Shown here piece after piece: positions 53,998-64,000 of a stretch of DNA of 64,000 nt. The position numbers and the translations under genes are program-made. The notes beneath the pieces are model-generated. The model saw only the letters and a list, made by a program, of their open reading frames with translations, was not told the origin of the DNA and did not search any database. Origin of the DNA: Eledone cirrhosa (Eukaryota); assembly GCA_964016885.1 (NCBI GenBank), contig OZ024740.1:52886001-52950000 (forward strand), written 5' to 3'. The stretch's first letter is position 1, and each line of letters starts with the position of its first letter.

Positions 53998-54653
53998 GCT
54001 GCTATTCTATTTTCTGTACCAAATTTCTCTCACTGGGTAATGAGTAATCCGAAGCTATGGCAGAAAAGATCCACATCATATTGACACGTATTAGGATCAA
54101 ATCCGGAACCTTATGGTTGCGAAGCGAACTTTTTAATTACATTGCCAAACATCTAGCTTATCACACTGACATTTCTGCAACTTCACACCAATAAAGTATT
54201 TATTTTATACGCTCGGTTGAATAGGTCCATAACCCAAAATATATTCAATATTGAAGTTTACTATCTTTCAGTATTTCTCCCCGCAGCACATCCTATGTGA
54301 ATCCTGGATGAACCTGTCTATAATTTGGAATTTAAAACATGTAGAATATAAGAGATTTGTAAAAAGAGATTTAGAGGCTATTGCTATAACATGATATCGA
54401 GTAAATTCTTAGAAGTCTTATCACTAGTTCGTATTTTCAGAGCTTGATATTTGAATAGGTTTGCAACTGCCTGAGTGATATAGGTTATAACATTCAACTG
54501 ATTGTCTTATGTTGTTTTACACGGAATACTATTAGTTATAAAAGGCTGACACACATTTGTGTTGCCTTTAGGTAGGCATTGCTTCCTGTATTTCTATTGT
54601 CTGAAGACTTGTGAGTGAAATTTCATATTTGGAAACTGTACGGAGGCCCTTCG

Positions 54654-54705
<52 letters not shown>

Positions 54706-55032
54706 TATATATATGTATATATATATGTGTGTGTGTGTGTGTATACACACATGTATACATATATATTATACACAAACACATATATATATGTATATATGTA
54801 TATATATATATATGCACACACACATAAGAAAAGTAAGTATATGAAATATGAAGTTTGTATTCCGTAAAATGAGTTTTTGAATAGTTTTTACCGGTTACTC
54901 ATCAGTGGATTCGGTGCAGAGTGTAAATAATAAACATTTCCTTGCAGTAATCGACGTTAAAGTATTTGGAAGTATGTGTTATATATTATGTATACATATA
55001 AACTTTCAAACATACACGCGCACACACACATA

Positions 55033-55118
<86 letters not shown>

Positions 55119-56894
55119 CCGTGTCTATGTATGTTTGTATGTGTATCAGAGTTGGGTGGCAGACTCGGAGGTTTTCAATAACAATTATATATTACTTTAT
55201 TCGGTTGATCCCAGTTAGAAGATATAATGTGTGCCAGAAAAATTACAGGGGTTGTTTTAACCGATTCAAGTTCTCAGCGTAGCTACGCACAAATGACTGA
55301 AACCATTAAAAGAGTAAAAATAATATCGGTGAACTCAATATATATGAATTCATATTTATGTTTAAAATACTGCCATTTCTGTTTCATATATTATGAGTTG
55401 GTTCTTAAATATTGAAATTAATATATGTAATATAAACATATTTGTCGGTGGGACACCAACGTAGATTTCTTATTCAGGAAGAGAGTTTAACGATAGTCAG
55501 TCTTATGGATATCATTCTGATAAAAAAATGTTGCATATTATACTACAATGTACCCCCCCCCCCCCCCCAAAAAAAAATGAATAAAGTGACTAAGCTTCTT
55601 GCAGCAGTGTGGTGAGTTCTAGCTTTGATTGTATTTACTTTGCCACTAAATGTACCGAGCCAATGAAATATAACTATTTTGGTCACTGACAGAATACTAA
55701 CGACAGAATACTATGATATACATGTGATAAGTCTCGTATGGAGTACAGTGTAAATAGAAAATATTATTAACAAAGTTACCTAAGCGATGATAGAGATATG
55801 TTTGTTGTACGTGAGTTTAAACTAACGCCTATTAAATACATACTAACTTTCGTTGAAAAAATGATTTGAATCATTAATAAGAATTCTTATGTAATCAAAT
55901 TTTGTTTCGTCCCTAAAAGAAGCTGACATTTTAAGATGTTAAGTGTCGCCTGCACCAAAATGAATAGCAATCGCATTACGGAGAATATATGAAGGCAAAA
56001 TATATAGACCATATTTAAATGTCTTCTAAAACAGTAAAGCTCATAAGAAGTATTTAGGTGTAGTTTCTAGGCCCTTAGAGAGACAAATCTCTTCCTAAAA
56101 TCTGTATGTTTGCAAAGTTAGTCTAATTCTTATACGCAGCCAGTACCATTTAATCTAGTACAATCTCTCTCATGGTGGGCTACTCAGCATCACAGCCCAC
56201 TCCCAGGTGAGAAGAGTAATCAACAAGATTAAAGATAAAAACTGTTAAAGTGTAGAAGAGCCTCTCAGAGAAACTAACAACCAACGAAACATGGAAAAGA
56301 GAGAGCTGCCACCAAGTTATATGCTTATCGAAACTTATTGTGATGCAGCTACGGTCTCCTGAGGTTACCGATTCTAGATTACATTTTGAGCTAGTAGCTA
56401 TTTATGATAACTTGTTGGATTAAGGCACATACAATTAAATGTATGACTCGGAGGCACCAACAAAAATCCTGTTGAACGTAAGCTGTGTAGAGCATTGGAT
56501 TATCAATTTACAGTTGATAATCATAGTCAATATTCTATTTTCATGGAATTTGTACATTTACATGCAACTGAAAATATATTTCGTATGCACAAAGTCTTCT
56601 CTTCCTGTCTTATGTGATTTGTTTTTCCTGTATGATAAAAGAAAACTATTTTTAATCATGTCTGCAGTAAATTCAAGCTAACAAATATAACGCATATTAC
56701 TGCTTCTTTTAATATTTACTTGCGCTGTACCTGTCAGAATTGAAGTGGTTTATTTAAGTGCACAACCCATTATGCAAACATAAATTTTGAAAAATAGTTT
56801 GTTGTTAAATATGGAGAATGCCTCAGCATAGATAATACATAAGCATGTGGAAAATTGATTTAAGCTGAGAACGAAGAACAAATCACCTTCAGCC

Positions 56895-56987
<93 letters not shown>

Positions 56988-57021
56988 TAATAAATGGAAA
57001 CTATATTTATAAAACCATATT

Positions 57022-57087
57022 TATTTTATAATACATATTTCAAGGGCAACCAAGGCAAATTATGGTGCGCTTTCATCAGATAAAATA
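57022..57087 (-). ncRNA. Type I hammerhead ribozyme motif
   Basis: Minus strand: tattttat CTGATGA aag-c-gcacca...tggttgc-c-ctt GAAA TATGTA TT ataaaata; the plus-arm copy has lost its core. Confidence 0.78.
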
Positions 57088-57260
57088 CAGATTTGTTTTA
57101 TAAATAAATATTGACATACCCGGAAAAAAAGACAACCTTAACGGTTGGAGCTTCCTGGATAGTGGGTGATACCAAATTATGAGTGAGTATGCAAATGAGT
57201 GTCCGAAAGGTTGAAAAGATAACGGTTTATTTAAATTAAACTGTTGGAAGGTGATATGTA

Positions 57261-57490
57261 AGGGAAAGAGAAAAAAGAAAAAGAAGAAAAAAAGAAAAAG
57301 AGAAAAAAAGAAAAAAAGAAAAAAAGAAAAAAAGAAGAAAAGAAAAAAAGAAAAAAAGAAAAAAAGAAAAAAAGAAAAAAAAGAAAAAAAGAAAAAAAAG
57401 AAAAAAAAAGAAAAAAGAAAAAAGAAAAAAGAAAAAAGAAAAAAGAAAGAAAGAAAAAAGAAAGGAGAAAGATAGAAGAGGAAAGAAAGA
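57261..57490. repeat. Polypurine (A-rich, G-punctuated) low-complexity tract
   Basis: About 210 bp almost exclusively A/G. Confidence 0.9.
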
Positions 57491-57567
57491 ACGATTATAT
57501 ATATTGAGAGTGCATGAAGAGATGAGTTTCAAAGGATAAATATACACAGCGTAAGTATACACTGAGG

Positions 57568-57880
57568 ATGAAAAACTCAGAGCTGTATGGGAGCATCCCA
57601 AAAGTCAGCTCAAAAGTGACACAGAGGAGACCGAGGTTAGCTGGACATGCTCACCGACATCCAGAGTTGACATTGCACTCAGTGCTCCTTTGGGAGCCCC
57701 TACATGGACACACTAGAAGAGGAAGACCAAGGTTAACGTATGTTGATGCCCTAAGGACAGACACTGGTCTGTTGGAGACGCAGGACATGGCAGCGATAAA
57801 GAGGGACAGAGACCGCTGGAGAAAACTCGTCCATGGATCTCGGGAATTTTACCGGCCTTAGAATAGAATAGAAAAAGAAT
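57568..57880 (+). mobile_element. 3' fragment of an RTE-clade LINE with (TAGAA)n tail, nested in the PLE remnant
   Basis: ELYGSIP..RRPRLAGHAHRH..LLWEP..G.TRRGRPRLTYVD...RDRWR, typical RTE C-terminus. Confidence 0.85.
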
Positions 57881-58775
57881 ATCTAAGTGAGAGAAGAAAT
57901 GAGAATAACGTGGAAGAATAATATTTATAATGCAGGATTCATTACGTTTTGACTATAATATTTATAATGATAGATTGAAAAATTAGATTAAAATTAAATT
58001 AAAATTAAAAAATTAGAAATCAAAATTGAAGATTAAAATTTACCTTAATATTAAAGATTTAATTTAATAATTTAATATTAATAATTAGTTTAAATGTGTA
58101 TGTTAAGGATTATAAATTATATAAAAAAATATATAGTATTTTACATTAGAGCAAATCTAGTATAGTTTATTTTATTAAAAGTTGTAAGTCAAAAATTTAA
58201 ACATCCAAAAAATTCTAAATTTATGAAAAATTTTTGAGAGTTTACAAAGGAATAACCACTTAATTATATTATAAAAACAGTAAAGAAGTGTAAAGGAAGT
58301 TAGAAGTGATATTTTAAGAACTCAGATGACTCTAAGGATTAAATGTTATAAAGTTAAAAAGTTAAACATTTTTTATCTTAAGAATATAATTAAAACATGA
58401 ACCATAGGTTATTCCACATATATATTAAACAAAATATGGCAATATTTATTTATAAAACAAATCTGTATTTTATCTGCATCATAATTTGCCTTGGTTGCCC
58501 TTGAAATATGTATAATAAAATAAATATGGTTTTATAAATATAGTTTCCATTTATTAATATATTGTGTATTTACTCCACTAAACTGTTGAGTGCTTTATAT
58601 CAGTTATAAAACATTTTTAAGCTTGTTGAATCCCAACAAATTAAATATAATCTCTGCATATATATATATAAATATATATTCATCATCATCACCGTTTTAC
58701 GTCCATTTTTCCACGCTAGCATTGGTTACACACACACATATATATCTTACACCATGTATTTTGGGAATAATACAC

Positions 58776-58871
<96 letters not shown>

Positions 58872-59217
58872 TATATATGTGTATATATATATAAGTATAT
58901 ACACATATATACTGCCCTACCCTTCCAAGCATTTGTCCATGCCTTTTGTGATTTGACACCGACATAGTCAGTGATCTTCACCATGTATCTGCTATTAATA
59001 TTAGTTCTTGAACTAACTTGTACTACTGCTGTGACCCTCTCCCCACACTCTCTCTCTCGTTCTGTCTATTTATTTATTTCTATTTCCCCATCTATATTAA
59101 TGTATCTTTTTTCTCCCTCTCCCTAAGTCCTTAATGCTAACTTACCCTTCCAAGTCATTGTCTTAGTCTTTTGTTATTTAACACTGACCTGGTCAGTCAT
59201 CTTCGCCATGTCTATCC

Positions 59218-59404
59218 TGGTGGATTGGCAGTATCGGTAGAGGGTCGGACGCCATGCTTTGCAGCAAAGAGTTACGGCCCTTTATGGTTTGAGTTCAAAT
59301 ACCGCCGAAGTTAACTTAACCTTTCATTCTTACGGGATCGATAAAATAAAGTACCAGTAATACACTGGGATAATTGCTGGCCTTGTGACAAAAGTTGAAA
59401 CAAT
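59218..59404 (+). mobile_element. tRNA-derived SINE
   Basis: Major family consensus. Confidence 0.9.
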
Positions 59405-59419
59405 ATATATATATATATA

Positions 59420-59565
59420 TTAAAATAATAGATTAAGGTTTAAGCAGAGAATCGCTGCTTTCACCCTTAATATTTGCTCTACGGTTTTTATATATATTTA
59501 TATATATATAATCCTTATCGAGCACTCTTCGGATTTTAGTCTTCACATTTTTTATTATTACTAAA
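59420..59565. mobile_element. Short remnant of the Nematis-type pLTR with a strand switch
   Basis: 59420-59470 matches 63385-63435; 59471-59560 is the reverse complement of about 63290-63383. Confidence 0.8.
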
Positions 59566-59891
59566 TATATATATATATATACATATTATTTGTAAGTAGG
59601 TGTATGCACATGTATATGTAGGTTCATATGTATATTGATTGTTTATGCATACATATGTATGTGCAGGTGTGTGTCTATATGCGTATATATGCAAGTATAT
59701 GAATGTGTATGTATACATTTGTGCGTGTACATGCGTTTGTATGTACACGTGCATATATGTAGACGTGTGCATATAATTTTTTGCACTACATATTCGTTTA
59801 TGCTTACTTCCACACCGGTCAGCGGATATTTATGCACGATCCTAAATCTGAAATCATTGCTATTAATGTTTTCCTTATTATTGTTACTTTC

Positions 59892-60060
59892 TTGGCAGCG
59901 TCGGTAGAGTGTCGGACACCATGCTTTGTAGCATAGAGTTACGTCCCTTAACGTTCTGAATTCAAATCCCGCCAAGGTTAGCTTTGCCTTTCGTCCTTAC
60001 GGGGTCAATAAAATAAAGCACCAGTAATGCACTGTGGTCAATTTGATTGTCTTTCCCCTA
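59892..60060 (+). mobile_element. tRNA-derived SINE
   Basis: Major family, 3'-truncated. Confidence 0.85.
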
Positions 60061-60061
60061 T

Positions 60062-60126
<65 letters not shown>

Positions 60127-60137
60127 TAACAGATTAA

Positions 60138-60188
60138 AGTTTAAGCAAAGAATCGCTGCTTTCACCCTTAACGGGATCTTCTGAAACT
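60138..60188 (-). ncRNA. Hammerhead-like motif with CAGAAGA (U4A) core
   Basis: Minus strand: agttt CAGAAGA tccc-gttaa-gggt GAAA gca-gcgattctt-tgc TT aaact. Confidence 0.72.
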
Positions 60189-61119
60189 AACAAAGTCAAT
60201 CTGTAAACGCAGAAGTGGATATTTAAAAAAACGTTGCAACCGGAAGAAGACAGGAAGACGATACTTTGGTTCGTGGAAACGTTCCCTGGCAAAGAACGGG
60301 AAAAAACGAATATAATACGTCATTAATAGGAGCGGTGAAAAACAATTAGGCGCAAAGACAGAATCACGTTTATGGTATAAAAGAAGTCGTAGACTAATGT
60401 TCTCTTAGGTGGTTCATACAGACGTTCTCTGACAATGAACGGAAAAAACGAAGATAATACGTCATATGTGGAGCGTGGAGAACAATTGCACGCAAAGACA
60501 AAACCACGTAAATGGTATAGCTGAAGTCGTAGACTAAATTCTAACTAGGAAACCGAATGAATCTCCGCTACACAGTTAAGAATAAAGTAAATAAATACAA
60601 TACAGGGGTAATAGAAATTAAATAAATGCACACACACATTCAAATACGTACATACACAAGCATACGCAAAACACTTGCTATAGGTATACAAAACCACGCA
60701 CATATAAATATGTGTGTGTGTGCGTACAAATAAATAATTAAATAAACGTATATAAATAAATAAATACGTATATAACAAGCGCACCCACACCATACCAACA
60801 TGTAAATACACAAATGTTCGAAGACGTAAATCAGCCAAAACATGAAGTACACATATACACACACCCTACATACGTACGAACCTGCATACACACGCAGACG
60901 CAAAACTCCCGTATACACATAACCAAACCATATTTACCAGAAAATATAAAAAATGTATACGCCACAACATAATCAATCAAATATACGTATGAGAAAGTAT
61001 ACGTACCTTCACAAAACATACAGGTAATATATACTTACCTATGCAAATAAGTAATGGTATAAACAAAACATATACTTAGCTACCACATCAAGACGTAAAA
61101 AATCCACGTATAGATCGTA

Positions 61120-63247
61120 CTATCCGTTAGGGTATAATGTGGAGCTGTAATACAGGAAAGTTTTGTGCAATTTATGTTTACAAGCCGAAATTGCCTCAGA
61201 TTTTTTGTTTAAGATGTGGTCTGTGGCGTAGAGTATTCCCAGGGCCTCAGCGGCGCAGAGGTCACATGGTCTTTTATTTCCGTTATACGATCTAACCCTA
61301 GCTAGGATCTCCCAGTGTAACTTAAATTGGGTGTGGTTGTCTTTTAGACTCCAGATATAAGCTGAAAGTAACGTCATATTCCTTCTAAGAGGGTAACGAA
61401 AAGAATGGGTATGCATGTAAAGACGCTGCTTGAATCTATTGGCGGTTAACCCTATGTAGGCCCTACGGGACGTGGGTGTTTCAACCTTACATTTGTAGAC
61501 AATGTTACTAGAGAGGCATTTCCCGGATAGGGGGCAATCAACCCGATTCCTACAATTACAGTTAGTACTAACTACAGGGTTGCACGTGTTCCTACGGTTA
61601 GGTAGTTTAGCTAAATTTGAAGCTGTGATGTTATGTGCAAGGTTAGGAGTCGTAGAGTAAGAAATTTTAATAGTATTTCTATTAAAAATTTTACTATATT
61701 TATGTGTAGGGGGAAAATGCTTCGTAATAAGGGAAAGAAAGATCTTAGCTAATGGTGTGGCCACCTCCATATTATATGGTGCGTTATACCAACAAATGTG
61801 ACGGGATCTATTACTTCTAGGTCTATTTTCGTACTCTGTATATGCTACCTTATCGACAAATCCACTCCGAGCAAGAGCTTCATTGTAATGAGTGGAATGG
61901 TCGTTGAAAATATGCTCGTTAGTAGATAGACGGGAAAGCCTCAACGAAACGTTTCTTACCAGGTTCTTGGTTATGCTGGCAGGATGGTTGGAATGCTTAC
62001 TTATGTAATTAAGCGTATCATTCGGCTTTCTATACGGGTAATACAACCCATTCGATAAATTGAGGGTAACGTCGAGGTAATTAACGACCGAGAGATTGGC
62101 CTCAACCTGTATAGACAGGTTGAAGCCTTTAAAGAAGGCTGTGAGTTCTTTTCTGAACCTGTCGCAAGCACGAGGTCCGCACTTAGTCATGGTCAAAAGA
62201 CCATCGAACGGTACAAACCACCGCCCGCGTTGGGGAATTCGTCCTTGATAGAGAAAAGAAGGAAAAGGCCGATAAGATCAGAAACCTCCGCAGAATTGCT
62301 AGCGCCCATACTCACGTCGAATGGGGTACTATTGGATTTTTTAATCAAAATAGAGTCGTCGAAATTAATCACCGACTTACGGGCATTGAGGATGACATCA
62401 ACTTCGAAATCCTTAACCACTGTGAGTGTTTTAGCGAAATTGAAAGCTCTAAGGAGAAGTGGTAAAGTGATGGAGGAGTAGTAATTGTTGATGTCGAATT
62501 GGATAAAACGGCAATGTTCCTTGTTACATATGCCGTTGAACCAATCAATCACCGCGAAAGAATTGTTCCACAGTGCAAGAGGGGCCAAACTTCTAATTTC
62601 AGATATAATTCTACCAAGAACCCTTTTACTAAGTCTACCTCAATTGGACTTCGTAGGGTTAATAAGCCGAATAGAGGGGTTGTTCGGAAAATTGGATTTG
62701 TGATCCTTCAGGGTAAAGTGGGGTAAATAGGGTCCAGAGGTTCGGTCCGGTCCAGGATGTTGAGATCAGAGGTGATTTTAAACCCAGCATCGTTGATTTC
62801 ATTGATGGCGCACCGATTAGTTTTACGGTAATCCTTAGTTACAGCATTATGTAGTAGTTGATGGTAAGTACTGCGCTCCACTTGATATAGGTTGCCAGTT
62901 TTGTCGGAATGGACGTGCACGGCATTAGAATCCTTAATAGAACGAATTCTATTCTTCAGGTCCTGCTGGAAGGAATTGCTCCTATTCCGAAATTTGATAC
63001 TCCGTATGAGTTCCAAGACATCATTTTCGAAGGGTAGCAATGCTGGGTTACACGGGGGGTTATTATAGGTTTTAAACCCAAATTTATCCTGTTTGTTGTC
63101 TGCTTTTTGCGGATTATCGAAATAAAAGGCATGCCAACGCAACCTTTTAATGAACGCGTCTGTTTTCTGTATCAGGAGTTTTAGGTATGTTTTCCTGCTT
63201 GGTACCGGTATGTTCTTTGTAGAAATATTCAGATGTTGTTTCTGCAT
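61120..63247 (-). pseudogene. PLE RT + C-terminal GIY-YIG endonuclease, broken into three frames
   Basis: STKNIP..FIKRLRW, HSDKTGN, QFDINNYYSSI, FDVSMG, VNYLDVTL, SNHP, CNCRNRVDCPLSGKC, NIVYKC..AYIGLT, CDLCAAE, CKH. Confidence 0.93.
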
Positions 63248-63401
63248 GATGAATATAAGTCAAAAGAGTGCTCAACCGAGGGAGCCAAATAGTAATAATA
63301 ATAAATTTGAAGACTAAAATCCAAAGAGGGCTCGATAAGGATATATATATATCAAATATATAAGAACCGTAGAGCAAATATTTATTAAAATAACAGATTA
63401 A

Positions 63402-63452
63402 AGTTTAAACAAAGAATCGCTGCTTTCACCCTTAACGGGATCTTCTGAAACT
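63402..63452 (-). ncRNA. Hammerhead-like motif with CAGAAGA (U4A) core, upstream pLTR copy
   Basis: Same as 60138-60188, with a G-C to G-U change in stem III. Confidence 0.7.
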
Positions 63453-64000
63453 AACAAAGTCAATCTGTAAACGCAGAAGTCGATATTTAAAAAAACGTTG
63501 CAACCGGAGGAAGACAGGAAGACGATACTTTGGTTCGTGGAAACGTTCCCTGGTAAAGAACGGGAAAAAACGAATATAATACGTCATTAATAGGAGCGGT
63601 GAAAAACAATTAGGCGCAAAGACAGAACCACGTTTATGGTATAAAAGAAGTCGTAGACTAATGTTCTCTTAGGTGGTTCATAGAGACGTTCTCTGGCAAT
63701 GTATCCATATGTTGAAAATGTTGTAGGTTAAAATAAATCCCGGAAAACAATAAAACATCAGAAGGAAAACGGAGTCATGTTATAAGTTAAAACAATGATA
63801 TATATATATATTTCAAAGGCAACTTACTAGCTGATAAATAAGTGTCTTGCGTATGAACAGAGAAGAGTGCCAGTCACGGAATACGAACAGTCACCACACA
63901 GTGTCTGGATTATTGGTACACCATAGATATATACATAGACATGTATGTAAAAGGTAAACAGAAATAACAACACAATCGGTACAGTATATGGAAGGGATAT

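Larger units (their letters stand above)
56983..58660. mobile_element. PLE inverted-pLTR remnant (arms about 56983-57110 and 58445-58562), sister subfamily of 4510-5620
   Basis: Inverted arms, (TA)n flanks, clear homology to 4510-4870. Confidence 0.8.
60121..63700 (-). mobile_element. Near full-length Nematis-type PLE with ~320-bp direct pLTRs (60121-60437 and 63385-63700)
   Basis: Direct repeats each carrying an HHR-like motif; RT + GIY-YIG coding region; 3' end abuts (TA)n. Confidence 0.93.

Noticed and set aside
53785-54910. Degenerate HHR-like strings at 53793, 54601 and about 54890 (minus)
   Set aside because: Stems incomplete or deleted; plausible decayed PLE ends, but not supportable individually.
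61120-63247. Programmed frameshifting or selenocysteine recoding in the PLE ORF
   Set aside because: The breaks are frame changes inside conserved RT motifs, consistent with decay; I saw no in-frame UGA/SECIS evidence.

Overview
AT-rich, microsatellite-saturated animal DNA, most likely a coleoid cephalopod such as Octopus (inferred from the SINE family and the (TA)n/(CA)n density). I found no recognisable host gene; most short ORFs are microsatellite or antisense artefacts. The window is nearly all retroelements: a full-length, frameshifted Tx1/L1-clade LINE with a 22-bp TSD in a (TC)-rich target; a near-complete Nematis-type Penelope-like element (PLE); truncated Neptune- and Nematis-type PLEs; an R4/Dong-like fragment; CRE-like fragments; bipartite non-autonomous RTE elements; about 15 copies of one tRNA-derived SINE; and a recent 5.49-kb tandem triplication with a fold-back junction. 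The layer missing from the ORF track is about 25 type I hammerhead ribozyme (HHR)-like motifs from 10 or more PLE families, mostly in inverted-repeat remnants at (TA)n. They include variant cores (U3-A8; a family-fixed U4A), stem II regions expanded to 56-85 nt, and a shared downstream YYGAGYRCTC motif. All folds were assigned by eye and repeat boundaries are approximate.
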